Both the position numbers and the translations under genes were made by a program. 64,000 bases of DNA from Mustelus asterias (lineage: Eukaryota). Shown in pieces: positions 36,721-50,169 of the stretch. How positions within the stretch are numbered: the first letter of the stretch is position 1; the number at the start of each line of letters is the position of its first letter. Where the stretch lies: contig NW_027590137.1 in NCBI RefSeq assembly GCF_964213995.1, positions 1,116,001 to 1,180,000 on the forward strand. Direction: 5' to 3'. A model generated the notes under the pieces. It was not told the DNA's origin, did no database searches, and worked only from the letters and a program-made list of their open reading frames with translations.

Positions 36721-37780
36721 ACTGATCATCAGTATTGTTAATACTGTAACTAAATAGTTTATTTTCAGTAATCGGGTTATTATATCACACAAGGAGTCCA
36801 TTCAGCAACTCAAGTCCATGCTAACTCTCTGTAGAGCAATCCAGTCAGTCCCATTCCCCCTTAAGTTCATAAGATATAGGAGCATAATTAGGCTATTTGG
36901 CCCATCGAGTCCACTCCGCCATTCAATCATGGCTGATATGTTCCTCATCCCGTCTGTATCCCTGTTCCCCTGCCAGTCTATTTTGACTGCCCATCTAATT
37001 TCATTTTGAAATATTGAATGTATCAAAATGCACCGCCCTCATAGCCAAAAAATTGATATTCAAGAATGTTCACTGTCGAAATAATGTTCTATCTCATAGC
37101 CTTGCTGTACTTCTATTTATTAAACTGGTCCCCGATGTTACATACATTTTACTTCGCTAAGTATATTTAGGTATTTAGACTCGCAGCCTGCATGAAGATA
37201 TCTCAGTGCTGGAGAAGAAGCAGTGAGCATGGATTTGTTGATCAGCATGAATCAACACCTTCAGGAGAATTGGAAGGGTGTATTATACAGACAGCAGAGT
37301 GAGGATACAGGGATAGGGTGTGGGATGGAGATGTACAGATCCAGAGGAACGAGAAAGGAAGAAATGTTCCACAGAAACTAGAATTGTCTATTCTGAATTT
37401 CTGTTTGATACTGACAGTGATGACTTTTGTAAACTCATTTTACAGGAAGTTATAAGGGGAAGATTTGCTGCCAGCAATCTCAAAACATGTTAATGCTTAA
37501 TAGAGTCACTCAAATGATCAGAACCTGAATATCATCAGACCTTGAATCTAGAAGAAGAAATATTTATCTGTTTTTTCTGTCACATCAGTGTGACTGGAAA
37601 GGCACCAAGGAACACAGAGCTGAGTGAGAGTGTCCAGTACACTGACTGTCAAAAGACCAGTGACACAGACTGCAAAAATATCACATCATTTACAGCGGGG
37701 ACAGACAGTGCACATGCTCTATGTGTGGATGAGGATTTAACTGATTGTTAAACCTGGAAAGACACAAGGACATCCACACC

Positions 37781-38995
37781 ATGGAGAAACCGGGGAAAGA
37801 TGAGGATTGTGGTAAGGAATTCCATATCCCGTCTGCACTGCAAACTCATCAACATATTCACACTGGGGACAGACTGTTCCCCTGCATCAAGCGTGGGGAA
37901 GGAGACTGCTCCCCATCTGCCCTGAAGATTCATCAATGCAGCCACACTGGGGAGAGGCCCTTCATCTGCTCTGAGTGTGGGAAGGGTTTTCTCCAGGCAG
38001 CCGACCTGTGGAATCACCAAGCAGTTCACAGTAGGGAGAGGCTGTACACCTGCTCTGAGTGTGGGAAGGGATTCACTCAGTTATCCCACCTGCTGACACA
38101 CCAGCAAATTCACACTGGGGAAAAACCGTTCAACTGCTCTGAGTGTGGGAAGCAATTCAATCATTCATCTGAACTTTTGAATCACCAACAAATCCACACC
38201 GGAGAGCGACCATTCACCTGCTCCGACTGTGGAAAGGGTTTCACTCAGTCATCTCACCTGCAGATACACCAGCGAGCCCACACTAAGGAGAGGCCTTTCA
38301 ACTGCTCTGAGTGCGGGAAGTGTTTTATTCAATTATCACACCTAGTGACTCACCAGGGAGTCCACAGGAGGGAGAGGCCGTTCCCCTGCTCCGAGTGTGG
38401 GAAGCGTTTTATTCAGTTATCACACCTAGTGACACACAAAGGAACCCACACAAGGGAGAGGCCATTCAGCTGCCCCGAATGTGGGAAACGTTTTATCCAA
38501 TCGTCACACCTAATGTCACACCAGGGAGTTCACAGCAGGGAGAGGCCATTCGTCTGCTCCGAGTGTGGGAGGCGTTTTATTCAATCATCCCACCTAGTGT
38601 CACATCAGGAGGTTCACACCAGGGAGAGGCCATTTCCCTGTTCCGAGTGTGGCAGGGGATTCATTCAGTTATCCGACCTGCAGAATCACCAGCAAGTTCA
38701 CACCGGGGAGAGGCCGTTCACCTGCTCTGAGTGTGGGAAGGGATTCACTCGTTCAGCTAACCTGCAGGCACACCGACGTGTTCACACCAGGGAGAGACCA
38801 TTCACCTGCTCTGAGTGTGGGAAAGGATTCGCTCTTTCATCTTATCTGCAGAGTCACCAGCAAGTTCACACTGGAGAGAGGCCGTTTATCTGCTCTGAGT
38901 GTGGAAAGGGATTCATTCAGTCATCCCACCTGCAGACACACCAGCGAGTTCACAAGGATTCACAAAGGGATTCACTCGGTCATCCCACCTGCTGA
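37781..38995 (+). CDS. C2H2 zinc-finger protein B (12 intact plus 2 degenerate fingers)
   Basis: CACCATGGAGAAACCG start; tandem C-x2-C-x12-H-x3-H. Upstream exon ends at 37277, acceptor at 37444-37445. Confidence 0.88.
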   Translation: MEKPGKDEDCGKEFHIPSALQTHQHIHTGDRLFPCIKRGEGDCSPSALKIHQCSHTGERPFICSECGKGFLQAADLWNHQAVHSRERLYTCSECGKGFTQLSHLLTHQQIHTGEKPFNCSECGKQFNHSSELLNHQQIHTGERPFTCSDCGKGFTQSSHLQIHQRAHTKERPFNCSECGKCFIQLSHLVTHQGVHRRERPFPCSECGKRFIQLSHLVTHKGTHTRERPFSCPECGKRFIQSSHLMSHQGVHSRERPFVCSECGRRFIQSSHLVSHQEVHTRERPFPCSECGRGFIQLSDLQNHQQVHTGERPFTCSECGKGFTRSANLQAHRRVHTRERPFTCSECGKGFALSSYLQSHQQVHTGERPFICSECGKGFIQSSHLQTHQRVHKDSQRDSLGHPTC

Positions 38996-39324
38996 GACAC
39001 CAGTAAGTTCACAAGTGATGACAGGGGTTGGATTCTGCTGTTATTGCTGCTGTTAATCACATCCAGGACTGAACTATGTTCATTCTGACAGTTGGTGAAG
39101 TGGAATGTTGGAGGGTTTCTTTCTGCTGGACTGGCCGGTCTCACAACTTTATTTTCAGTGGACTGATGCTCTTTGAGTTTGGGAGAGCACACTTCCACTG
39201 AAATGATTCGCAAAAAAAAAAGCTGATGAATGTGCCAACTCGACACAGCCACCCAAGGCCGGAATCGAACCCGGTCCCTGGGGCTGTGAGCCAACTGGTC
39301 TAACCACTGCACCACCCATATCAT

Positions 39325-40104
39325 GGACCCCTAGCAAAACTGGAATCAATGGATATCAAGGGGTAAACTCTCTGCTGGTTGGACTTATACTGGCAATGAG
39401 GAAGATGGTTGTGGTTGTGGAGGGTCAGTCATCTCAGCTCCAGGACATCAATGCAGGGATCTCTCAGGGTCGTGTCCGAGGCCCAACCATCTTCAGCTGC
39501 TTCATCAATAACCTTCCCTCTGTCATAATATCAGAAGTGGGGATGTCCGCCAATGAATACACAATGTTCAGCACCATTTGTGATTCCTCAGATACTGAAG
39601 CAGTCCATGTCCAAATACAACAATATCCAGGCTTGGGCTGACAAGTGGCAAGTAACATTCATGCCACATAAGTCCGAGGCAATGACCATCTCCAACAGGA
39701 GAAGATCTAACCATCACCCCTTGACATTCAAGGGCATTACCATCACTGAATCCCCCTTCCATTATCAACATCCTGGGGGGTTACCATTGACCAGAAACCC
39801 ATAGATACTGTGGCTACCAGAGCAGGTCAGAGACTGGCAGCCCTGAGGAGAGTAACTCACTTTCTGACTCCCCCAGCCAAAGCCCGTCCACCATCTACAT
39901 GACACAAGTCAGGAATGAGATGGAATACTCTCCACTTGCCTGAATGAGTGCAGCTCCCAACAACACTCAAGAAGCTCAAAACCATCCAGGACAAAGCAGC
40001 CCCACTTGATCAACACACTAACCACAAACATTCACTCCCTCTACCACCGACGGACAATAGCAACAGTGTGTACCATCTACAAAATGCACTGCAGGAACTC
40101 ACCA
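39325..40104 (+). mobile_element. Older LINE fragment (host of nested insertions; continues at 43824-43939 and 45401-45590)
   Basis: SQG..GPTIFSCFINNLP RT remnant. Sequence resumes colinearly after each insertion. Confidence 0.6.
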
Positions 40105-43100
40105 TAGACACAAGCTTTAGGAATACAGTTACTCCGAGGATTGAAAACAGATGGGTGACGGTGAGAGGGGCTGGGAGGAAGCAGTCTGTGCAGGGATCCC
40201 CGGTGGTCGTTCCCCTTAGCAACAAGTATTCCGCTTTGGATACGGTTGAGGGGGATGACATACCAGTGGGGAGCCGCAGTGAGAGGATCTCCAGCACTGT
40301 GTCCGTCTCTGTGGCTCGGGAGGGAAAGGGGGAGAGCGGGAGGGCGATAGTTATTGGGGACTCGTTAGTTAGAGGGATAGATAGGAGGTTCTGTGGCAGC
40401 AAAAGAGACTCACGGATGGTATGTTGCCTACCGGATGCCAAGGTCCGTGATGTCTCAGACCGTGTTTTCCAGATTCTGAAGGGGGAGGGGAAACAGTCAC
40501 AAGTCGTGGTGCACATTGGTACCAATGACATAGGTAAGAGAAGGGACGGGGATTTAAAGCAGGAATTTCTGGAGCTGGGCTGGAAGCTGAGAGCCAAGAC
40601 GAAACATGGGGTCATCTCTGGTACGTTGCCGGTACCACGTGATAGCGAGTTGAGGAACAGGGAGAGAGTGCAGTTAAATATGTGGTTGCAGGGATGGTGT
40701 AGGAGGGAGGGTTTCAGATACGTGGATAATTGGAACACGTTCTGGGGAAGGTGGGACCTGTACAAACAGGACGGGGTGCACCTGAACCAGAGGGGCACCA
40801 ATATCCTCGGAGGGAAATTTGTTACGGCTCTTCAGGGGGGTTTAAACTAATTTGTCAGGGGAGTGGGAAAGGGAGTTGTAGTCCAGAAGTCAGTGAGGGT
40901 GGTGAGGTATTGGGGAAGGTATCAGGGTCAAGGGTGGGTACTGGTAGACAGGAAGGTGGGTTGAAGTGTGTCTACTTCAATGCAAGGAGCATCCAGAACA
41001 AGGTCGATGAACTTGGGGCGTGGATTGGTACTTGGGACTACGATGTTGTGGCCATTACGGAGACGTGGGTAGAACAAGGACAGGAATGGTTGTTGGACGT
41101 TCCGGGGTATAGATGTTTCACTAAGTGTAGGGAAGCTGGTAAAAGAGGTGGAGGAGTGGCATTGTTAATCAAGGATAGTTTAACGGCTGCGGAAAGGCAC
41201 TTCGTGGGGGATCTGCACACTGAGGTAATATGGGCTGAAGTTAGAAATAGGAAAGGAGCGGTCACGTTGCTAGGAGTTTACTATAGGCCCCCAAATAGTA
41301 ATAGAGATGTGGAGGAAGAAATTGCTAAGCAGATTATGGATATGTGTGGGGGTCACAGGGTAGTTGTCATGGGGGACTTTAACTTTCCAAATATTGATTG
41401 GAACCTTTGTAGGTCAAATAGTTTGGATGGGGCAGTTTTTGTACAGTGTGTGCGGGAGGGTTTCCTGACACAATATGTGGATGGGCCGACTAGAGGTGAG
41501 GCCACATTGGATTTGGTACTGGGAAATGAACCGGGCCAAGTGTTAGATTTGGTTGTGGGAGAGCAATTTGGAGATAGTGACCACAATTCGGTGTCTTTTG
41601 TTATTGCAATGGAGAGGGATAGGGCCGTACGGCAGGGCAAGGTTTACAATTGGGGGAGGGGTAATTATGATGCGATTAGGCAAGAATTAGGGGGCATAAG
41701 TTGGGAACAGAAACTGTCAGAGAAAGGAACTAATGAAAAGTGGAACTTTTTCAAGGAACAAATACTGGATGTCCTTGATAGGTATGTTCCTGTCAGGCAG
41801 GGAGGAAATGGCCGAGTGAGGGAATCATGGTTCACAAAAGAGGTGGAATGTCTTGTGAAAAGGAAGAGGGAAGCTTATGTAGGGATGAGGAAACAAGGTT
41901 CAGATGGCTCGATTGAGGGTTACAAGTTAGCAAGGAATGAGCTGAAAAAGGGGCTTAGGAGAGCTAGGAGGGGACATGAGAAGTCCTTGGCGGGTCGGAT
42001 CAAGGAAAACCCCAAGGCTTTTTACTCTTATGTGAGGAATAAAAGAATGACCAGGGTGAGGTTAGGGCCGGTCAAGGACAGTAGTGGGAACTTGTGTATG
42101 GAGTCAGTAGAGATAGGCGAGGTGATGAATGAATACTTTTCTTCAGTGTTCACCAAGGAGAGGGGCCATGTTTTTGAGGAAGAGAAGGTGTTACAGGCTA
42201 ATAGGCTGGAGGAAACAGATGTTCGGAGGGAGGATGTCCTGGCAGTTTTGAATAAACTGAAGGTCGATAAGTCCCCTGGGCCTGATGAAATGTATCCTAG
42301 GATTCTGTGGGAGGCAAGGGATGAGATTGCAGAGCCTTTGGCGTTGATCTTTGGGTCCTCGCTGTCCACGGGGATGGTGCCAGAGGACTGGAGAATGGCG
42401 AATGTTGTTCCTCTGTTTAAGAAAGGGAATAGAAATGACCCTGGTAATTATAGACCGGTTAGTCTTACTTCGGTGGTTGGTAAATTGATGGAAAGGGTCC
42501 TTAGGGATGGGATTTACGACCATTTAGAAAGATGCGGATTAATCCGAGATAGTCAGCACGGATTCGTGAAGGGCAAGTCGTGCCTCACAAATTTGATAGA
42601 ATTTTTTGAGGAGGTAACTAAGTGTGTTGATGAAGGTAGGGCAGTTGATGTCATATACATGGATTTTAGTAAGGCGTTTGATAAGGTCCCCCATGGTCGG
42701 CTTATGATGAAAGTGAGGAGGTGTGGGATAGAGGGAAAGTTGGCCGATTGGATAGGTAACTGGCTGTCTGACCGAAGACAGAGGGTGGTGGTCGATGGAA
42801 AATTTTCAGATTGGAGGCAGGTTGCTAGCGGTGTGCCGCAGGGATCAGTGCTTGGTCCTCTGCTCTTTGTGATTTTTATTAATGACTTAGAGGAGGGGGC
42901 TGAAGGGTGGATCAGTAAATTTGCTGATGACACCAAGATTGGTGGAGTAGTGGATGAGGTGGAGGGCTGTTGTAGGCTGCAAAGAGACATAGATAGGATG
43001 CAAAGCTGGGCTGAAAAATGGCAAACGGAGTTTAACCCTGATAAATGTGAGGTGATTCATTTTGGTAGGACAAATTTAAATGTGGATTACAGGGTCAAAG

Positions 43101-43823
43101 GTAGGGTTCTGAAGACTGTGGAGGAACAGAGAGATCTTGGGGTCCATATCCACAGATCTCTAAAGGTTGCCAGTCAAGTGGATAGAGCTGTGAAGAAGGC
43201 CTATAGTGTATTAGCTTTTATTAAGAGGGGGTTGGAGTTTAAGAGCCGTGGGGTTATGCTGCAACTGTACAGGACCTTGGTGAGACCACATTTGGAATAT
43301 TGTGTGCAGTTCTGGTCACCTCACTATAAGAAGGATGTGGAAGCGCTGGAAAGAGTGCAGAGGAGATTTACCAGGATGCTGCCTGGTTTGGAGGGTAGGT
43401 CATATGAGGAAAGGTTGAGGGAGCTAGGGCTGTTCTCTCTGGAGCGGAGGAGGCTGAGGGGAGACTTAATAGAGGTGTATAAAATGATGAAGGGGATAGA
43501 TAGAGTGAACGTTCAAAGACTATTTCCTCGGGTGGATGGAGCTATTACAAGGGGGCATAACTATAGGGTTCGTGGTGGGAGATACAGGACGGATATCAGA
43601 GGTAGGTTCTTTACGCAGAGAGTGGTTGGGGTGTGGAATGGACTGCCTGCAGTGATAGTGGAGTCAGACACTTTAGAAACATTTAAGCGGTTATTGGATA
43701 GGCACATGGAGCACACCAGGATGATAGGGAGTGGGATAGCTTGATCTTGGTTTCAGATAAAGCTCGGCACAACATCGTGGGCCGAAGGGCCTGTTCTGTG
43801 CTGTACTGTTCTATGTTCTATGT
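40105..43823 (+). mobile_element. Young, 5'-truncated CR1 LINE: partial ORF1 (SGNH esterase, stop at 40850) and uninterrupted ORF2 (APE endonuclease + RT, stop at 43744)
   Basis: ORF1 GDS/GTND/DGVHLN; ORF2 [29 protein letters not shown]; (TTCTATG)n tail; TSD TCACCA (40099-40104 and 43824-43829). Confidence 0.95.
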
Positions 43824-43939
43824 TCACCAAGACTCCTTAGGCAGCATCTTACAGACGCAGGACCATTACCATCTAGAAGGACAAGAGCAGCAGATCCATG
43901 AGAGTGTCACCACCTGGAAGTTCCTCTCTAAGTCACTCA

Positions 43940-45400
43940 TGTCAGGAAAACAGAGATAGTTTTAAGTGATCAATGTTTGTGTTGTTAAATATTAAAAATA
44001 GAGTATAGATTTAAGTAAGTTTGATTTAGTGTTTCTGTGTAGGAAGAGTAGAACTTTGGTTGGATTCATGTTGAACAAAGGTGTTTGCATGTGTAGGGGA
44101 TGGGTTTCAATTGAAACTGTATTCCTGTTGTGCTGAGAGAGTTTATGGCGTGAAAAATAAACATGAAGTTGGAGAAATCATGCATTGTTGCACAGCAACC
44201 AGGGACACCTTTAGGGTGAGAAGGTTTTTTGATTGTAGTATTAGTTGAATTTATAGTCTTTGGCAGTGACTTTTAAGGGGCGTCTTGACAAATGCATGAA
44301 GAGGATGGGAATAGAGGGATATGGTCCCCGGAAGGGGAGGGGGTTTTAGTTCAGTCAGGCAGCATGGCCGGTGCAGGTTTGGAGGGCTGAAGGGCCTGTT
44401 CCTGTGCTGTAATTTTCTTTGTTCTTTGTTCTATAGGAGTTTGGGTGAGAAAACGAGAGGGTGAGCAGCTCCCAGCTCTACTAGAAGCAGGAAAGCCATA
44501 CAATGGAGTAATGTGTGCGAAAGCAAGCTCCAGAGGAACCAAAGGACAGTTAGTTTGAGAAACCCGGGAATGGAAAAGAAGCTCCAGGAATATTGAAGAG
44601 AAAAAGAACAGCAGTGTCTTTGGAACAGGATACTATTCATGGAAGTTAAACTCAGACCTGGGAAGAAAAGAACTGATGAGGTTGGCGACAGACAAGCCGC
44701 ATATCTGAACAGTGGGAAGGTTTGAGGTCCTTAAATCCAGATTTTGAAGCAATTGTATTCTGTTACGGACTGATGATCTGAGTTTATGCAGAATTTTGGA
44801 AGGATGTTGCAATTCAAGGCAAAGGAATTCTGAGAGTTAAAAACCTGGAGGCAGCTTCTTGCTAAAAGAGTGGAGAGAAAGCCTTGTTTGAAAGGATAAT
44901 TGGAAGACCTGGAAGTGGATCTTTGTTGAAAGCAATGGAGAGAAACTTGGTTTGGAAGGAGATATTAACACGTGTCTTTCTGAGAGTGGAGTTTGGAAAC
45001 ACTCGTGACAATCATCTGGGGGGAAATTTGAGGAGAAATCCACAGAGGATCGATTGAGTTGCATCTGCCACTTGGTTTCAGAGAGGGGGTTGTCTGATCA
45101 CAGCCAACCTGTGGGTTTAAAGGAACCGTGTGTTTACTGAGAACATTATAGCATAAGGAATTTTAAATCTATGTTATCCTTGAAATCTGTATACATTTGT
45201 GAAGGTAAGTGTGAGTCAAGGAGTATTTTGTTAACGTCAAACTCTTCGTGTTTAATAAATATTTTGTTAAAAGCTAATTGGCAGTCCTGTGACTCTGTTC
45301 CTTTATGTTTTCTACAAAAAGTAAAAGTTGCGGTCTTTTGAGCCAGTGTTCCATCCTGGAATCATCCTGTCCAATTATAACATCAACTGGGATCGTAACA
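43940..45400 (+). mobile_element. Solo LTR containing a CR1 tail insertion (~44263-44432)
   Basis: TGT...ACA termini, 4-bp TSD CTCA (43936-43939 and 45401-45404), AATAAA at ~45254. Confidence 0.75.
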
Positions 45401-47194
45401 CTCACCATCTTGACTTCAAAATATATCGCTGTTCCTTCGCTGTCACTAGGTCAAAATCCTGGAGCTTCCTCCCAAACAAGTGTGGGTGTCCCTACACCAC
45501 AGGGATTGCTGTGGTTCTAGAAGGCAGCTCAACACCACCTTCTCAAGGCCATTTAGAAATGGGCAATAAATGCTGACCTAGCCAGTGAGGCCCACCTTTT
45601 ATTATTCAGGGCAGACTGTGGGTTTTGACCTCTGTAAACGAATAAAAAATAAGGTAATGCCTGTTTTTAGCCCATTGAATTGGTTTTCAATGACAGCATT
45701 GCCTTCTCCCTTGTTCTTATGTCCGGGGCCTATTACACGGTTATACTTGAAGGAATAGAGCCAGCCTGACTCCATTGTGTTATCTCTGACACTGTTATCA
45801 TTCCCCAAGCTGCTACAGACAAGTTCATTAGCTCAAACAAACACATCTTTCTCACAGTGTGAGGCCAGTTTCCTGCACAATTTAATTCATTTTGCAGACA
45901 TTGCTAATTCCAGCAAGGCTGCGACTTGACGACATTGACCAGCATGCTTTGCACATTGAACCCACAATGCAGTTCTTCAGATATCCTCGGTCTGGGTTCT
46001 TCTATCACCCTCGATATTCCATGTTACCACCACGAGAGACTCCACACACAGCGTTACACCACAACCCGTCTACACTGATTAATATAAAATAAATAAAGTT
46101 ACAAACTGACTGCACATTAAAAAGGTCCATAATACATTGGTTTCCAATAGAGCCATTGTATTAAAAGCCAGTTAAGTTATGCTGAAGCTTTATAAAGCAC
46201 TGTTTAAACCACAATGGAAATATTGTGTTTATATCCAGACAGCACGCTTTAGGAAGGATGGGATGGTCCTTGAGAAGGTGCGGAGGTTACCAGAATGGTT
46301 CCAGCAATGAAGGATTTTAACTCCAAGGTCAGGTTCGAGAAGTTGGAGTTATTCTCCCTGGAATGAAGGAGGCTAAGGGAAGATCTGATAGAGGTGAGCA
46401 CTATTATGACAGGTTTAGATCAAGTGGATACAGAAATTGGTCAGGATTGACAGGGACTGCTGGAGGCAAGGCTATTGGTTAATATAACTTTTTATTGCAC
46501 CTTCTTCTAAGTATGTACAGCACAAGGCTCAGCAGACAACCATCTCTCAGCAAACTCTTATCATCTGATCTTACATCACTGGGTAGAATATTTACAAATT
46601 TAACATTAACCCTTTACACTGCACCAAGTCTTCAGTCAGCCTCCTAACATCCCCTCAGTGCCAGTTGTCTGATTTATCAATTGATGTTTCTGAGATTCAC
46701 CTTGGGACACTCTCCTACATTGAAGGTCTGATGTAAACAAAAGTTATTTTTTAAATCTCATTGTAACAGACTGAGGAAGTCAGGATTAAAACAATATCTG
46801 GGTAAATGGAGTTAGGTCACAGATCAGCCATGACCTCAGTGAATGAGAGAACAGGCTTGAGGGGATAAATGACCTCCTCCTGTTCCTGGTAAACTTGGAC
46901 TCAGACACCAGCTGATGAATGGAAAGTGATGGGAGACCTGGGGAGAAGAGACTTCATCAGAAACCTGCACTGGAGCAGAGTTAGAGAGTGGGAGAATCCT
47001 GGGAGAAACTACACAGGAACTGGAGCAGGTCATTCAGCCCTTCCAGTCTGCTCTGTCATTCAGTTAGACTCTGGCTGATCAATTAGTTTATCATCAAGAT
47101 TTATTTGATTCTATTCTGTAGATTAAGCTGCAGCTCAGTTTTATGGGAAATTAACATCAGCAGAAACAAACTCCAACTATCACAATGGGAACAT

Positions 47195-48190
47195 GTGAAT
47201 TAGGAGCAGGAGAAGGCCACTCGGCCCCTCGAGCCTGCTCCACTATTCAATAGGATCCCGGCTGATGTGATTGTAGCTTCAACTCCACTTTCCTTCTTAC
47301 CCCTCACACCCTTTGACTCTCTTGTCAATCAAGAATCTATTAAATTCAGACTTCAGAATATTCAGTGAGCCAGCCTCCACCACTCTCTGTGGGAGAGAAT
47401 TCCACACTGTAACAACCCTCTGAGAGAAAAGGTTTCTCCTCATCCCAGTCTTAAATGGGAGACACCTCATTTTTAAACTGTGCCTCTAGTTCTCCTCTCT
47501 CTACAATCAACATCCACTCTGTCAAGTCCCCTCTGAATTTTATATGTTTCAATCAGATCCTCCCTCATTCTTCTAAACCCCAATAAATACAGGCCGAACA
47601 TGTCCAACTTTTCCTCGTATGATAACCCCCTCATCCAACGAATCAGTCAAGTAAACCTTCTCTGAACTACTTCTCACACAAGTCCTCTCTTAAGTAAGAA
47701 GACCAAAACTGTACACCTCGAGATGTGGTCTCACCAATACCCTGAACAAATGCAGCAAAACATCCCCGCAATAAACAACAATTCATTTACCTTTCTAATC
47801 ATTTGCTGTGTCCACACACTAACTTTTCCTCATTACAGTACTAGGACACCCAGATCCCTCTGTACCTCAAAGTTCTGCAATCTCTCGCTCTCTTTAAATA
47901 ATCAGCTGCTTTTGCACCCATCCTGCCAAAGTGGACAAGTTCACATTATCCAAAAATCTTGTTCCAGCTGCCAACTTTTTACCCACTCACTGACCCTATC
48001 TATGTCGCTTTGCAGGCTTGTTATGGTCATTCACATTTCACTTTCCTACCTACCCTTTGTGTTATCAACAAATTTTGATCCTGTCATCCATGTCATGAAA
48101 ATAGTTTGTCAATAGTTGAGGGCCCAGCACTGGTCCCTGTGGCACTCCACAGGCTACACTTTGCCATCCCAAAAATGACTTGTTTCTCCC
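47195..48190 (-). mobile_element. Old CR1 3' fragment
   Basis: GVPQGPVLGP remnant and CR1 tail. Confidence 0.65.
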
Positions 48191-48202
48191 TCCTCTCTGT
48201 TT

Positions 48203-48533
48203 CATAGAATCCCTACAGTGCAGAAGGAGGCCATTCGGCCCATCGAGTCTGCACCAATCACAATCCCACCCAGGCCCTACCCCCACATATTTACCCACTA
48301 ATCCCTCTAACCTACACATCTCAGGACTCAATGGGGCAATTTTTAACCTGGCCAATCAACCTAACCCGCACATCTTTGGACTGTGGGAGGAAACCGGAGC
48401 ACCTGGAGAAAACCCACGCAGACACGAGGAGAATGTGCAAACTCCCCACAGACAGTGACCCGAGCTGGGAATCGAACCCAGGACCCTGGAGCTGTGAAGC
48501 AGCAGTGCTAACCACTGTGCTACCGTGCCGCCC
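48203..48533 (-). mobile_element. HE1-type SINE at the truncated end of ZNF C
   Basis: Near-identical to 16345-16680. Confidence 0.88.
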
Positions 48534-48560
48534 ATGTGGGATAGGGCCTGGGTGGGATTG

Positions 48561-49283
48561 TTTACTTTTAAAGCTCTTCTCACAGTCAGAATACTGAAAT
48601 GGTCTCTTATCAGAGTGAACTCGCTGGTGTGTTTGCAGCTGGGATAAACATCCGAATCTCCTCTCACACACGGAGCAGGTGAATGGCTTCTCCCCAGTGT
48701 GAGTGCGCTGATGGACTTGTAAATCATTTTTACTTTTAAATCTCTTCTCACAGTCAGAACATTGAAATGGTCTCTGCTCAGTGTGAACAAGTTGGTGTGT
48801 CAGAAGGTGGGATGACTGAATGAATCCCTTCCCACACTCTGAGCAGGTGAACGGTCTCACCGCCATGTGAGTGCGCTGGTGTCTCAGGAGGTCCTTTGTG
48901 CTTTTAAAGCTTTTCTCACAATCAGAACACTGAAACAGTCTCTGATCGGAGTGAACTTGCCGGTGAATCAGGAGGCTTGATAAAGCATGACACCCCCTCC
49001 CACATTCGAGGCAGGTGAACGGCCTCTCACCAGTGTGAACACGTCGGTGTGTATAGAGGCTGGATGAGTAAGCAAATCCTTTCCCACACTCAGAGCAGGT
49101 GAACGGCCTCTCTCCAGTGTGAATGCGACGATGAATATCCAATTCGGACGGGTAATTGAATCTCCTCCCACAGTCCACACATTTCAATGGTTTCTCTGTG
49201 GTGTGGGTGTCCTCGTGTGACTCCAGGTTGGATGATGAGTTGATGCCTTGTTTACACAGAATATGTGTCGGGTCACTACTCAC
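48561..49283 (-). pseudogene. C2H2 zinc-finger gene C (7 fingers; family start codon absent; 3' end replaced by SINE)
   Basis: HTTEKP where paralogs have MEKP. The eighth finger is cut and reads into SINE sequence. Confidence 0.7.
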
Positions 49284-50169
49284 TGAGAATGATGTGATTA
49301 TTTTTCAGACTTTTTAAACCATTTTCCACATTCAGCACATTGGAAACTCACAGGTGTGTGTGTGTAGGTGCTTTTTCAGTCACACTGATGTTTGAAATCT
49401 TTGCCCGCAGACAGAATAAACATTTCTCCTTCTGGAGACAAAGGCTGACGATATTCAGTTTCTGATGAATCAAATTACTGAAACAGATCTTGATGTGAAG
49501 TTTGGTTTGAGTTTCACATCTGGAAATCCTGCTTCATAATACCTTGCAAAAACAGTTTACAAATACCATCACTGTCAGTGCAGGATAGAAATTCTGAACA
49601 GACAATTCATAGTTTCTCTGGAACATATTTTCCTCTCTTGTTCCCCCAAATCTATAAATCCCCGTCCCACACACTCTACCTCCTCCCCTGGACTGAAATC
49701 CAAACCCATCTCAACATCTCCACCATTTCTTCCCTCCACTCCCAGTTTTCCCCCTCCCTCTCCTCTGTCTGGGTTCAGTTCTTGATGTGGAAATCTCACT
49801 AACTGTCCTGGCTGGAGATAATACACACCTCTTTAACCTGTGCTTAACCCTCTCTCCACTCACATTGTCTGTACCTTTAAGACTTGATTACCTGTAAAGA
49901 CTCGCATTCCAACCATTATCTTGTAAATTGAGTTTGTGTCAATATATATGCCCCGTTTATGAACACAAGTCCTACTCACCTGACGAAGGAGCAGCGCTCC
50001 GAAAGCGAGTGGCTTTTGCTACCAAATAAACCTGTTGGACTTTAACCTGGTGTTGTGAGTCTTCTTATTGGGTTCAGTTCTCCAGCTCCTGTCTGCAGAC
50101 TGACAATAAAACCAATGGGTCTTATTGGGGGTGTTGGGGCCTCCAGCGGGTGTTTGTGAATCCTCCCCG

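Noticed and set aside
39948-40104. N-terminal part of the 300-aa ORF as true CR1 ORF1 start
   Set aside because: It lies outside the TSD, in the host element; a chance in-frame fusion.
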